A model generated the notes under the pieces. It was not told the origin of the DNA. It did no database searches and saw only the letters and a program-made list of their open reading frames with translations. 64,000 nt of DNA from Chlorokybus atmophyticus (Eukaryota > Plantae > Mesostigma and Chlorokybus algae), in the NCBI GenBank assembly GCA_009103225.1, contig RHPI01000003.1, positions 466,900 to 530,899 of the forward strand, read 5' to 3'. A program made the translations under genes and the position numbers. Numbering within the stretch: position 1 is the stretch's first letter; every line of letters starts with the position of its first letter. Below, piece after piece: positions 1 to 14,805 of this stretch.

Positions 1-1796
1 AGTGTTGTGAGTGTAGTTCGCACAAGCTCAGCTCGTGTGGAGTGCGCCAAAACAAACTCACACAGCTCATGAATGTTCATGAACTCACTGCCAAGACACA
101 ATGCTCAGCCACTTGAGCTCCCACATTGACAGTGGCAGTCAATTGCGAACTTACTTGTTGAGAGTATTTTTCAACTCTTTGATTTTGGCCTGCGTCATTT
201 CTCCTCTTGAGAAATCAAAGACCTCTTCACTCAACAACTGGCATGCACGTCCACAGTCAGATTATGTCGACACAATGCTGATGTGAGGTTATGACAATGC
301 AAAGCTTTGCGCCCAACCTTGAGGATAATCATGCAGTTTTCGCAGAGCGTTTCACTGCTCTTTGCTGCCCCAACAAGATCGGGAATGAAGCTTTGCCATC
401 GTGCTGGCCACTCATGTTTCAAAACCTGTTTCAACAAAACAACGTCTGAGCCTGTGCAAATGGACATGTACAAGACTGCCTGGTGTTTTTGATGACTGAC
501 CTGCACCAAGATCACATTGAGTTTGTTGATGAACACGCGTTCCCTCCTGAATGTCGCCTCATCTGAAGAGAGCTGGAGAAAAGCAGCATTGGTGTGTTGC
601 TTACAGCAGTTCCTCAAAGCGCATACCACCAAATCACAAGCATGCAGGTACCTTGATAATTAGGTTTGATATGTAGTTTTTGATGCCATCGCGCTGTTCT
701 ACTGGGAGAGCGTTCCATCGATATTTTATGGCACCTTCCAAGATCTGTGCATAGTTGATTGGCATGTACACAACCGGTTTGTATTGTTAAAGCAAGGAGC
801 TACGAGCTGTGCGACATTTAGTCCAACTCACCTGCAGCGCAAAGTACTTCGAGTTTTGACTGTGAGAGCCCTCAAGAATGGCATCAACTCGTGTCCATGC
901 ATCTGGGTGCTCTTGTAGCTGGCGAAGAACCTTTTCTGCAGCTACCCTCTGCGGAAACATGACAAACGCTAAGTCTTGCATGGCAGGCTAGGATTACTAA
1001 AGGTTTGCAACAAAACCAACGAGCAGGATGAGAACCCTGGCATGCGGATATGCCGCGGTACCAGCACAAAATGGTGCTGTTGCCAAATGCTGCTCTTCAA
1101 GCACATGTTACCAGGTGTAGTGCTCGATGCACTCCGTCATTAGTTACATGAAAGCGCCTCATGACCAATGCGCAAAACCACTCTCAAAACCCTGCTCGGT
1201 AAGACTTGGTAAGACTGCTACAGAGCTTGTTACGACATGTGTAGCGCACAAATCGCACCAGTGGGCAGCCCAGCTACAGATTTACAACGCTAACATGCAG
1301 AAAGCAACTACACTGCAACTACCTACAGCTACTTAAGCTCAATCATCCAAACAACATGGAAGCCCGTTCCGTTTAGCTGATAGTCAATAAGCATACCAAC
1401 AAAGAGACTGACTGTCCTGACATGCATGCACAGCAGCAAACTGAGCATTCCGATTGAGCAAAGCACGATTAGAGCAAAACCAGCGGCAACCAAGCACCTC
1501 AGAGATCACTCAGTCGACACCGGTATCACATCTTACCCAAGCTGAGCATGACATGCTCATCAAGATCAAACTGCGCTCGCATGCAAAGTCATACTTCAGT
1601 GTAAGGCAGACGCTGCCCAAAATTTACTTCTGCATTATGTTCTGAGGCTCGTCACAAGACATGCACAATGATGAACAGCATGAGCGCTAACCTCCTGAGG
1701 AGAGCCAGCGCCGTAGAATGCGTTTACGGTGGCGTCCAGGAGCGGCACATCAAAAGCGCTGCTGAAATTCAGCAGCTTCTCTGCAACAGGAGCCAT
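1..1796 (-). CDS. XPO1: Exportin-1/CRM1, 5' part (spliced; gene continues off the left edge)
   Basis: In-phase exons give [35 protein letters not shown]|[39 protein letters not shown]|[31 protein letters not shown]|[24 protein letters not shown]|[36 protein letters not shown]|[27 protein letters not shown], the recognisable CRM1 N-terminus; GT-AG boundaries. Confidence 0.97.
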
Positions 1797-4187
1797 GGCG
1801 CCATTGCCGTTAGCAACCGCCATGCCCATTGCCATATAAAACAAAGCCCTACTGGTACAATAACACTACCCTACAAGCTAATCCAGCTTAGTCGAGCGCT
1901 GCAACAAGCAAGCAGAGCTGCTGTTGCGGAGCCAACCGCCCTACAACTGCAAGCACCAATCCATTCGGTAACGCATGGAAAACTGCTGTTGAGTGTCACC
2001 ACCGACGCAAGACCTTGCAAATGTCTACCCCGTTCTACTCTCCTCTTCGCACACCACCTCCTCGGCCACCTCCGCCTCTTCAGCCTCCTTCGCCGCCGAT
2101 TCCGTCGCCGCCGCCGTAACCCTAATCACCTGCTTAATCCTGCCTCTTTTGCTGCACTTACACTAATAGACTAAATGGCGGTTAAGACGATCATGCAGGG
2201 ATGAAGCGCTGTCGGTTACGCTTAGCGCAATGTCCTCTACTAGATTGAGTTACCTTCAGGCGTAATGCCCCGCGCTTTCCCGCCACGTCAATTTCAAGAC
2301 GCGCTTAGTGGAAGCTTCCAAGTCCCGCACGCTGCCATTTGGCATTGGGTTGGGTCCCAACGGCTCTAGTAGGCAGTAGAGGGCGATAGGGTCGGGTCCT
2401 GAGAAGACTTGGTAGGCGAGCGGGGCGAGGACCTCGATCACTTTTCTGACAAAAGTGCATCCTGCTGACGTCAGCACGCAATCATGGACGCGACAGACGC
2501 TTCATGCGCTGACTGCAAATTGAGTAGCCGCATGCAAGTGGTTCGTCGCAATCCATGAGTCATGTGAGCACAGTGCCCCACATGACAAGTTGCGCGTCAC
2601 AACCCGAGTCACACATGTACCACTGGCAAGGCTTTAAAGTACACTGTACTTCAAATGAACATATATACCATGATATACATACATATATGTATGTGTATAT
2701 ATATATCATGGTATGACATAAGGTACATAGTAATGTAACACATACAATAGCGGGATATATTACACAGGAGTTGCAAAAGCAAGCTCCTAAGTAGGATAGA
2801 AATGTGCAAATGTGCATGCGGTCTACTTAGCTAGCAAGGAAGCACACAAACATACAAACATGACATTATGTGGGGCCAAGGCAAAGTTGAATACAACACG
2901 CTACAATAGCTAGACCATTATACAAAAACCAGCAGTCGCAGCGGAGAGAAACCATGCGAAAATGGGGACAACCGGCAGAGCGCAGAAAGAGGAAGCGGTT
3001 GGACCCGGCGCGAGTCTACGAGCAGCATGCACGACCATGACGACAATGCTGTGATGACAATTGCCTGGCCCTCGGTCTCAAACGACAGTCACATATTTTG
3101 TCTTATTTGTTGGTCGTACCAGGCCGCACTCTATGAGGTCTTAAGACCTCTTATGAGACCGGTAGCAATGGCAAAAAACTGTTGGCTATACGAGTTGGCA
3201 ACCGTGTATGACTCAGCAGCATAATGCTGTACCACTCATGATATGGGCACTGCAACTTGCAGTTGAACGATCATGTGCATCGGCCAGTCATTATAGCAAA
3301 CCATGATACAGTGTGAATTAATTCAAACTTACCATATCAATCAGCATGCGGCATACACACCATTTGCATTGCATACATGCACGAGTCCTATTAGTCATAG
3401 TATCATGCATATGGACGTATGCTAACGTCAAAATACATCAGCATACATGCGGGCAGTTAGACCCCATCCATACTCATCTCACTTACCTCTTTTATTGTTG
3501 TGGGTGCAGCTTGCACACATTTGCATACCAACTAGTAGAGGTAGATGTACGTGCCATCATGCACCAATTCTCTGTGCATGTGCATCAACACGTGCAACTT
3601 TTACAACATATAACACTCGGCGCAGGGCCTTCCTCTTGCATTTGCAATTGGCAATGCCATCAAGTCACTTAAAAAATGTGAGCAATACGTAGACAATCTC
3701 CAAAACCGTGCACACTGCAATACCACAACTCATTCAACCACGCACATATCCGACTTCGAAGTTTTACATATGTCCGTGGTTGCATGTGGTGCCCTTTATC
3801 TGAGGATTGTATCAAACTAGGTCTCAATTAGCTTACAATACACTCTCGAACACAAGCCCTCATCATAAGTATTAACGGAAATCATGTTCGGAAAAAATGG
3901 TACCCGCAGCTGACCGATTAAGAGTCAACGTTTGCTACGGGTGCAACCCACCCTCAAGGACGCCATCCTCAATGTACATGGCGTTGTCAAGCTTTGAGAC
4001 GTTGGGAATGAGCACAATATTTACATACTTGAGCACGGAAGTACACCATTTGTGCAACTCTGTGTTGAGGCTTTAATTCCTCACTTTATTTATATTTTGG
4101 TAGAAATTTGATGGTTTGTCACATATTTAAAGTGTAAGGTGTTGCATATCGTTTGCTAGAATAAATTTGTAAGTTTACATGTATTGC

Positions 4188-4871
<684 letters not shown>

Positions 4872-5811
4872 ATGCAACATTGTTTTAACTTGTCATTATA
4901 GAAATCATGTGTTGATACAATCAGTGATTACTAATTGATATGTATGTTCACATCCTTTAAAAGTATGTCAACGACGCATATGGACGCATATGATGCATAT
5001 GGTGTACATGATATTATGGTACAACATATATTTACATACTTGCATTTTCTACGAGGCACAGCTTGTCAAGCCGTAAATGACTTGAATATTTTGATATATT
5101 CATTTCTGTCTTGCTACTTTGGCAGAGTATGAGTATGATGGTGATAATGCAACGTTGCATCTGAAATACATGAAGTTTAAATTAAATCAAATCAAGTTTA
5201 AAATGCATATGCATGATAACTAATACTAAATCCTTTTAACAATCAATGAACTTGCAAGTTATACATGCATGTATAACTTGGAAATTGAGTCAATTGTGTT
5301 TTTCCGGCCCTTGTATGAATTGACATATGCTCGTGAAGCAAGCCCACAAAAAGGTGCACACAATATAGCCCGGTGGTGGTGTATGTGACTGTGTTTGCAT
5401 GCTAGTTGATATGCTATGCTGTTGTGACGTCATGCATGTCGCCAATTGTCTCGCGCATATCCTGTACATGTCCTGATGCAATGGAAGGATGGTGACTTGG
5501 TTGCATATCAGCGTGCGCAGGCCACCACATTAGCAACATTAGCGACGGACTACATGCGTTTCGGCTTTGTCGCACAGTTGCATTGATGAGCTTTGTTTGG
5601 AAGGATGTGGCCTCGCCAACCCGTGACACGTCTGTTGAATAGTGTGTTGTATATACGAGGTAGTATGCTGGATTTATAGCATGCTTATGTGTGATTGGGC
5701 AAGCACAATGTTGCGGTCATGGCCTTTGTTGTGCCCACAATAGTACATTCTCTGATACTCGCCAGCAACTCTACATCTCTAACTCTGCATCAAGGCGTGT
5801 ATTGTGATGTG

Positions 5812-8800
5812 TCATGCAAAATTGAAGCAACCATTGCCTTGTGTTTGTCCCTCTACCGCAGCTTGGACTTCTTGATAGATGGTGAAATCTGTATCTCCCC
5901 GCGCCCATTGATTCGCAACTCTTTCATACCACTCCCTCGCAACAGTCCTGCACAACGTTGTGCAACATTATGTCATCAACACACAGACTTGACCAAGTCA
6001 ACAGGCATGGCTCACGTGAAAAGTTCACAACTTACTTATCCTTCAACATCGCACTGGCACGCGCGATACCCAACATGCTCGCCGCATCGTTCGTCAGCAG
6101 CTCCGACGCTTTGAGATAACTCCCTCTTGCCTGCACACGCACACAGCCACAACACTCAGTCGATCCTTCAGCCCGCATCACTCATGCCATCCCACCCCAC
6201 CCCACCTCACCCCACCCCAACCCAGCCCTGCACACGTAGCACAGCATATCCCACCTCCTCCGCGAGTCCCTCGGCGAGCGCGATGTCCCCCGCGAGCGCG
6301 TGGCCGTCGGCGAACAGCAGCGTCGGGGAGTCCGGCACCACCTTCATACCCGCCTGAGTGGAGGAGAGACGCCTACGAAGAGACTGGGTGTCGCGCCCGA
6401 GAAGATGCGCAGCCACCGCCTGATCGGTAACGAACCGGTTAACTCGTGAGTGGTCAGTTCCAGACATTGTGTGTGAGTGTGCACGGTTGTGTGTGTGCAT
6501 GGTTGTGTGCGCGCGCGTGCATGCGCGCTCGTGTGCACATGCGCGTGCGTAGGTGCACACACGCACACGCAGTGTGCCAGTGAGTATGTTTGCACACATG
6601 CTTGCGAGCACACACGTGTGCGTGCCCGTTGCATGCAACATCCGGTAACCAACGGAGGCAGCAACGGCAACAACAACAACAACAGCAACATCAATCTTCA
6701 CCTCGATTCCGAGCTGCATGACCTCCACCGCCCCCGCCTGATAGCTCAACCCCGCTTCCCTCAACACCCCTCCAATCACCCTCATCCTCCCCTCAATCTC
6801 CCCAACCTCCCTCACCAACACGCTCCCTGGCCCCCCTCCCCTCCCCCCCTCAAACCTCCCCTCATACTCCTCCTCAGAGAAAGGAAGTGTGCTTGTTGTT
6901 GGTGATGATGATGCTGTTGGTAGAGGCCAACATGGGCGTCTTTTGTCTAGTAGTCTAGCGAGGGCTGATGCGTACAAGAGGCCAGCTTCGGATAGGTAGA
7001 AGTCGGGTTCGGTTGGGGAGTTGAGGAGAGAGGGTAAGGGGGAGGAGGCGAGGGGGGAGTAGTCCCCCGTGGCGATGACCTGTTGGTGGGGATGTGGGGA
7101 TGTGGGTGGGGTGGNNNNNNNNNNNNNNNNNNNNNNNNNNNNNNNNNNNNNNNNNNNNNNNNNNNNNNNNNNNNNNNNNNNNNNNNNNNNNNNNNNNNNN
7201 NNNNNNNNNNNNNNNNNNNNNNNNNNNNNNNNNNNNNNNNNNNNNNNNNNNNNNNNNNNNNNNNNNNNNNNNNNNNNNNNNNNNNNNNNNNNNNNNNNNN
7301 NNNNNNNNNNNNNNNNNNGAGGGGGTTGGGTGGGTGGGGTGTTACCTGGCGGGCCCACATGCGGTAGGCGTAGCGGTCGTACTCGCGGAGGTCTCGTGGG
7401 GTGGTGCTGATGTCGTTGGATGCACGGTATCTGCAGCAGATGGTTTGGATACATCCGCATGTAAGCACATGCACTCGCGGGCGCGCTTACACCAACGCAC
7501 AAAGACAAATGCTTGTGCACATATCCACATGCGCACAAATGCGCGCACACCCGCGCGCACGTGCCTGCCCATGCACACATACGCACACATGGCACAGCAA
7601 CACGCACCAACCTGTCATAGAACATCCGCTGCAGCAACGCACCCCCCTCCCTAAACCTCCCGAGCTGATGGTAGTCGTGCTGCAGATACTCCAACGAGTG
7701 GTACACGTTGCCTACAACAAGCGAAAGCACATTGACAAACGTGCTCATGTCGTTGTTGTTGTTGTTGATGATGATTAAGTTTTTGTTGTTGTACCAAAGT
7801 CGCACGAGGGTGTTGGGGACGCTGCAACCGTGCAGAATCGGTCGCTGGCGGCGACGCTGAGCTCGTTGCTGAGACGCGAGGCGTCCCAATCTCCAAGCCT
7901 CAGGTAGATGTGGCTCTGTACACACAGATACACATGAATCCTCACATATGACTCAACTGGCTCTGTGCACCCCCAAGTGTAATTGTGTATCGTACGGGCA
8001 TGTGGAGAGCGTGCGAGGAGGACACGGCCACTTTCGGGTAGGCCTCGGCGGCCCGCACCCCGAGGAGGGCCGTCTCGCGCTCCGGCACATCGTATGCGTG
8101 CATCCTGTTTGGGAGAAGCTGTAGGCAACACAGAAACAGAAATGCACATCACCCACACCCCCACCCACATGTAATGCAGTACTCCCGGGTGCTCCGGCCA
8201 CCGCGCGTACGCTTCCTCGATGACCTCGTACGCCTCCTTTGTCACGCTCTCCGCCTCCTGTCACGACCCCAGTTGTTGTGTTTCAGTATACATGTGGCTG
8301 TGAGACATAGATGTAAAGTGATGTACTTGCGAGGAGAGTCGTGGGTTGGAGGCGAGGGAGAGAAGGGCGAGGGCGAGGAAGGCCGCGGCGTCAGCGTCGT
8401 CGGGGTAGTCCCTCGACAGTGCCTGCCACGTGCGACGATCATGACGTGCGCATGGTGGTTGGCGTGTGTACGCAGACAGACGCGCTTGCATACATGCACT
8501 CTGAGCGCAAGCGCATACGTTTCCACACCAGAGCGCGTGCGCAGACAGGCATGCGACCAAGCACGTAAGCAGCAGCAGCAGCAGACACAAGCCCACGCAG
8601 GGGAGAGACGCACGCACACTTCCCCTTACTCCCTTACTCTCATCTCCTCCGCGTAACTCCTCTCCCTCTCCATCCTCCCCTTCCCCACTTCAAACAACCT
8701 TGTCGCAGCCCGGATGTACCGCCGCTCCCTGCTTGTCAACCGGTCCGATTCGGTCGCTGCCCCTGCGATGGCGTCCGCCCCGGCCTCCAGATCTTCGGAG

Positions 8801-10803
8801 TTCCAGAGGGGGAGCTTCCCGACGGACATGGCCACGCCCCAGGAGGACATCAGGAGGGAAGGGTCCAGAGCACGGGACTTGCTGGGGGGCAGAGAGGTGA
8901 GTCAAGCTCTTGATGTACGTGCGTGCGATCGTGCGCGTGTTTGCGCTTGCGTGCGCATGCCCGTGTGCGTGTGTGCAGGTGGGGGGTGGGGTGGGGTGGA
9001 GCTAGGAATGTGCGCAAACGCACATGTGCGTGGCCGCGTGCACGCGCGCATGTGTGCGTGTTCATGTCGTGAGTGCATTAAAAGTAAAGTAGATTGATCA
9101 AGAACAACTGAATGCATGTTCGTCGTGTCGTACCTGAACTGTTCGGTTGCGAGGTCGTACCAGAAGCTGTGCAGGCACTTTAGTCCCAGGATGAAGTGCT
9201 CGCGCGCGGTCGCGTCCTTCGTGGTCACCTCGAACTCGACCTGAAGCGAGCTTGGTTGAATGAAGGCATGTGTGTGGCTGGTGTGCTGTGCTGACCGCAA
9301 CAGTTTGCCAACCTACTAGCTGTGCGCTTGCATCTGGGGTGTGCGTGCACCCGCGCGTGCTTGCGCTTACCGATGCGCATGCGCTTGTGTGCATGTGCGT
9401 GCGCGCACACGTGTGCCCCCCTTGCGTGTATGCGAGCGTGCACATGTGCACGTGCGTGTGCGTGTGCACGTGCACGCGTCCCAGCACGCTGCCTTCACAC
9501 ACTCCCATGCACCGACCGACCGACCAAAGCGTTCCACGTCATCCTCACCGTCCCCAGCGACAGCGCCCGCTCCCAGTCCGCCAGCCCCTGCCTCGTCGAC
9601 ACTGGCGGCGACAGGATGTTGTTGCTGCTGCTAGTGTCGCCTTCTTTCTGGGGGGCGCCGAGCTTGTCGAGGAGGGGGGAGGCGGCGGCGCCAGCGGAGG
9701 CGCCTGTTGAGAGAGAGGAGTGTTGGTTTCTTTGCCGACAAGCGAGACTACCTCAGACATTGATGTGCATGTGCATACGTGTGTGTGCATGTGGATACGG
9801 ATGTAGGTAGAGAGATGCAGACGCAGTTATGTGTGGCTAGCGAGGAGAGACACGAACACGTACAGGGAAACGTACAGGTACATGCACACATACACATATC
9901 CCTGAAGTATACACCCAGTCATGCAAACACCAACGGCACGCACTCGCATGCGCAGACTCACGCGATAGATAAGCGTACACGTTCACATGCACATACACGT
10001 ACGCATAATCGTACATGCCCACGCACACGCACACGCACGCACACGTTTATGTACTCGGACACTTGAGCATGAACAGGAAACTGGGGCACGCACGCACCAT
10101 CCAGCGATGCTTGCGTTACATCGTGTCGCGTGTACCTAGCATCTCGCGGCGTGTGAGTGCGGGCCCGTGCATGTGGCACCGGGCGATACTGCCACGGCGA
10201 CATCGCTGCTGCTGCTGCTGCTGCTGCCGCTGGTGTCGTTGTGGATGCGCGGGGAGAGGTGGGTGATGCGACCCCACAGCGGGGGAAGTGGATGCTAGGA
10301 CACTCGTCGTCGTCATCGTCATCGTCAACGTGGCAGCTGTGGGGAGAGAGTGAAACTCAGTCGGTGAGGTGCCGGTAGTGTGACCGAGTAGTAGCCTGAT
10401 GGGTAAGGATACAAAGAGTAGAGTAGAGTTGATTCATGTCAATGTCACACATCACTCGCGTATCAGCAATTGACGTGTATTACGTTGACGGTTGGGTCGT
10501 GCATGGCATCGCTGCGCGATTGGCTGCATGTGCAAGAAGTTGACATGCAGTCTTTGGACACATGCCAGTCAGTTACGGTGTTGCACTCGTTCTTATCCTT
10601 AGATGTATATGTGCAGCGTCACGTCTCAGCAGGATTCATTGCGACATGCATGCAACGGCCGCATGCAACGGCTTTGCTGGAAAACAGAATCAATCAACCG
10701 TGCACATGCTGACACGCCGCCAATGTATGTACAGTCTGTCTGTGCGTCCCCAAGCCAAACACTCACCGCCGCCGCCGCCGCCGCCGCCGGCCGCTAGCGG
10801 CAT
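5812..10803 (-). CDS. Multi-exon TPR-like protein of a bacterial-type uncharacterised family
   Basis: Phase-consistent exons: MPLAAGGG...|...LADWERALSLGT|VEFEVTTKDATAREHFILGLKCLHSFWYDLATEQFR|...WGVAMS...|YPDDADAAAFLALALL|...PEHPGVLHYMMHAYDVP...SSHALHMP|SHIYLRLGDWDASRLSN...|HSLEYLQHDYHQLGR...|...DAASMLGIARASAMLKD|EWYERVANQWARGDTDFTIYQEVQAAVEGQTQGNGCFNFA*. The HY..HAYD / SHALHMPSHIY.RLG motifs resemble a bacterial TPR family from memory. One N-gap lies inside the gene. Confidence 0.75.
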
Positions 10804-11744
10804 CTCGCGCCACGTGGCAGCATATATATCCGCGCATGCAACAAGAACAAGAAAAGGGCAAGAAGTGCAAGAAGCAGACAGCGGACTTTGTGCGGCTTGT
10901 GCGCGTCCTTGTGCGAACACAGTGTGTGTGTGTGTGGAGAAAGAAGCAGTACAGCCCCTTTCTTGCCTTGTGCGTTCGATTAGTGCAGCGGCAACATCAA
11001 GGCTAGTCTGTCTCTACATCTGATTATCACTGCAATGGCATCCCGTCTGTAAGTTGTTCTTTACCTTTTGGGGTTATTGTTTTGGTTGATTGTGGCGGAG
11101 AAGGAGCAGTCTGTAGTCACACACAGCTGTTGACCAACAACAAGCAAGCGCGTGGCGTCAATGCAGTGATTTGGTTGCGAAGCCAGGAAGGTGTGAGAAC
11201 AGGCGGCCTGCCCAGCCAGCAAGTGTGAAAGGTGCGCTGATGATGACATGGGCATTCACATTTACACCAACCCTCTTTTCTTCTTGTTCCAGTCTTCTTG
11301 GTTCAAGTGATCTTGCGAAGATTGCATCAGATGCAACTTGAGCTGCATGCGTCACGTCGGAAAAATGTGAATGCGCATATGCGCGCACACGCAGGCACGT
11401 GCATGAGTGTTGACTGGATGTTGTTGTTGTTGGTCGGTCGGACTGAGAGACTGTCATGCATGTGTGATAACCGGCTGAGGTTGTCACATGGGCTTAATAC
11501 ATGCAGGCTAATGCGGAGGGTTTGAGTCTTTGAGTCACGCACGCACGCACGCACGCACAGACGTACCCCAAAAACACCATCCCAAACCCACCACTGACAA
11601 TGCAATGCAACCACATGCAGCGTTCAACCAGCAACTATCGTGTGTATGCTTAGGCACCAACACTACTAGCCTCCATCACTTGACCGAGCACACCGTGCAA
11701 CACAACACAACACAACACAACACAACACAACACAACACTTCGTG

Positions 11745-13018
11745 ATGTGCGATGCGCCTGCGATGCCCCCGTTCCACCTCGCCATCCCTGTGGCGGACAT
11801 CGCCGCCGCGCGGGACTTCTACGGCGGGGTGCTGGGACTACCTGAAGGCAGAAGGTGCTATATGCGTGTTGGGTGGGTGGGTGGGCGGGCGGGCGTATGC
11901 ATGCGTGTTGCTGTTTGCAAGCGTGTACGCAAACACATGCACACCTACTACTGTCACATGCGTATGTGCAGTGCACGGCCATGCATGCGTGTATACGTGT
12001 ATTGTGCACGATCATTGCGTATGCGTGTTTGTGGGCGGGCTTTTGTGCACGCGCAGGCGTGTGCGCGCATGCTTACGCGAGTGTATGTGTATGCATGTGT
12101 ATATGAATGCACAAGCTTGAAATGTCCATCCACAGTCACACACGCAATCCAACACAGCGCATCTGGAACGCAGTGCGCGCACGTGGGTGGACTTCAACTT
12201 CTACGGGCACCAGCTGGTGGCGCACCAGGTCCAGGGATACAACGCCGCCTCCCATGCCAACTCTGTCGGTACGCTATACGGCATATGGCTGGTATCACGT
12301 GCATGCTTGTCAACGCAATCACACACACATGCGCGTGCACGCATGCACGCACGCACGCACATGCACGCACGTACACACGCACACGCACACGCACGCACGC
12401 TCTCCCCTTCCCCCAGACGGCGACGCCGTCCCCGTGCCCCACTTTGGCCTGGTCCTCTCCGTCGCGTCCTTCCACGACCTCGCGTCCCGCGTCCGCGACA
12501 GCGGCGTCGTGGAGTTTGTCATCGAGCCGCACGTGAGGTTCCAGGGACAGCCGGGGGAACAGGTGAAGAAGGGATAGTTGTGTTGGGTAGTTGGGTGACG
12601 TGGTTGAGTCACACGGTTGGGTAACGCACAACACGAATCTGTTTTGATAAGTGTTCATCTGTGCGTGCGTGCGTGCGTGTCAGTGGACCATGTCCTGTGA
12701 GTGTTTGGACCAATTGTTGGCTCATCTCCAGTTCTGTTTTCATCTGCAGGTGTAGTATCCCAGTCCGATTGTACTTGATTGGGACATGTGCACATGTTGT
12801 TGCTCGTGTGGGGTCATGTTGTGTGATTGAAATTTCCGAGCATGTGTGTGCAGTGGACGATGTTCTTCCGGGACCCGAGCGGCAACGCGCTCGAGTTCAA
12901 GGCGATGACCAACACGGACAACCTGTTCGCCAGATACAACGTCGACGAGGTTGCGGCTGCTGCTACCAGGAGTGAGGCATACAATGGCGACGGCAGCAGT
13001 CACAAATCTACACAATGA
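11745..13018 (+). CDS. VOC/glyoxalase-superfamily protein (extradiol-dioxygenase-like, COG3565 type), 4 exons
   Basis: [37 protein letters not shown]|[31 protein letters not shown]|[49 protein letters not shown]|[28 protein letters not shown]...; all splice phases are consistent and it ends in TGA. Confidence 0.9.
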
Positions 13019-13344
13019 GCGCTAGTAGAGATAGTACAAAACATATCGTACTCGCTCTGTGTATGTTGTGGGTGGAAAACAGACAGCCACGAGGTGTGGC
13101 CAACACAATGCGACTACGGACATCAACAGCATCTGGATGGCAGCGCGCGCGGTTCATCACTGATGAATCATCAGTCAGTTGGTTGATTAACAGAAATGCA
13201 CGTGCGTCGTGTGTGGGGAAATACATGCGCGCATGCGTGTGCGCGTGTGCATGTGCGCAATGGACTACACTGTGTAGTCAACGCAGCCATACACGTACAT
13301 TGAATGTGACACATACCAACAACTTGACATACGCAAGACACAAC

Positions 13345-14805
13345 TCAAACATCTATTTCGTCATAGGGGTCTTCATCAGAGTCATAATCATCATCCGAGT
13401 CCCTTTCATACAAGATATGTCCCGCGAGAGCCTCATCACTCTTGCGTCCCCCGTCATATATCGGCTTCGCTGTCTGATGCTCGTAAGGCAGGACAACTCT
13501 CTGCCTTTGGGATTTCTCCAATTCATTCAATGAAAGCCTGAAAGGCAGCGCTTTGTCGGTGATATCCGGTGTTGCAGCTGATATCTTTGCGCTCGCTTTG
13601 GATATGGTTTTGAAGGTGATATCAGCACTGCCTGCAGTGTAGACGATATCCTGCACAGCGCGGCGATATCGACCTTTGCGCAGCTTTGTGGTTGTCTCAA
13701 CTACATCGGGTGCTGTCGATATCACCCGCACGACCGTTGTGGACATCAGTTCCAAGCGTGCAGATAACGATGGACTTGCACCGTTATCCGCCGCAGCGCC
13801 TGCGTGACAAAGCGCGAGCACGCTCTCGACATTACTCATCCTTTGCACTTTGGTTATCAGCTGCGCAGTGCCGTGAGCGCCGTGTCGCCAGGTGAGAAGG
13901 CTGATATCGTCGAAGATGACTGATATCGGGCTCGTGCTGTGCAAGTCTCCCATAGCTGACAGAATGGCCGTCGGGTTTGATAAACCCCGCGAGGTTTGGT
14001 AACTGGAGGTACAAGTGTGCTGCGATGATGATATCCGCTCGTGGTGTTCTGCTTTGTCCTGATTGTGCTCACCAGCCCAACCGCACGGGTCGGTGAAACA
14101 GTCCAACAAGACCAGCTGGCGACCTTGACGCTGGGACTCCAACCCTGCAACAGGTGACTATGACGCCGTAGGAATGCATCGACCAGGAATGTGCGAGCAT
14201 GTGTGCGTGTGTGCGCGCGCTTGTGGCTGCGTGCGCGCGTGTGTATGCGCCTACACGCGTGCGCGCATGCGTGCGTGCGTGCATGTGTGTGTGGATGCGT
14301 GCGTGCGGTTGTGCGTGTACACGCGCCTACACGCGTGTTTGCGTGCGCATATGTGCATATGCGCACGCAAACACTTGCATGCATGCGCGTGCGTGCGTGT
14401 GTGTGCGTGTGAGTTGTCATGTAGACAGGAGACAAGACGCGTGTGCGCCTTGTCCCCTGTCCATGACCATAATGTGCACATATGTGGGCACGTGGTACGT
14501 ACGTACCTACATGGATAGGTGTAACAGCAACAAATGCACACCCACGCGCATGCACACGCACAACACAACCACATCACCACGTGTACCAACCCATGCTTCT
14601 CACCACCAGCCAACCACGACGGCAACCCCGCAAGCGCGACCACCACGATCCCCCTCTCCGTCCCCGCCCGCGCGAGCCGGCGCGCCAGGTGGGCCCACAG
14701 TCGGACGAGCGTGCGGTGGGATGACGTGGACGCGCGGCTGCTGGTGTTGAAGACGAGGCAGAGGGGGGCGAGGGGGCGGCGGGAGTGGGAGGCGGGGGGG
14801 TCTGC
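13345..14805 (-). CDS. ELP5: Elongator complex subunit 5 (first exon not resolved; probably upstream, ~14.9-15.0 kb)
   Basis: Motifs LLDCFTDPCGW, KLRKGRYR, LPFRLSLNELEKSQRQRVVLPYEHQ...IYDGGR and the acidic end ILYERDSDDDYDSDEDPYDEIDV* parallel plant ELP5. Confidence 0.88.

Noticed and set aside
2256-2477. Protein-like ORF VLAPLAYQVFSGPDPIALYCLLEPLGPNP upstream of XPO1
   Set aside because: No recognisable motif, no ATG start and no convincing splice partners.
2665-2714. AT-rich imperfect palindrome (ataccatgatata...tatatcatggtat)
   Set aside because: Short, embedded in TA/CA low-complexity sequence, and compatible with chance or slippage.
6207-7925. 572-aa ORF in the track
   Set aside because: It reads through introns and an N-gap; only parts are exons of the TPR-like gene.
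11158-14750. Many 60-260 aa ORFs rich in C/V/H/T/A/R overlapping real genes
   Set aside because: They are translations of CA/GT/GC-rich intron sequence or antisense frames.
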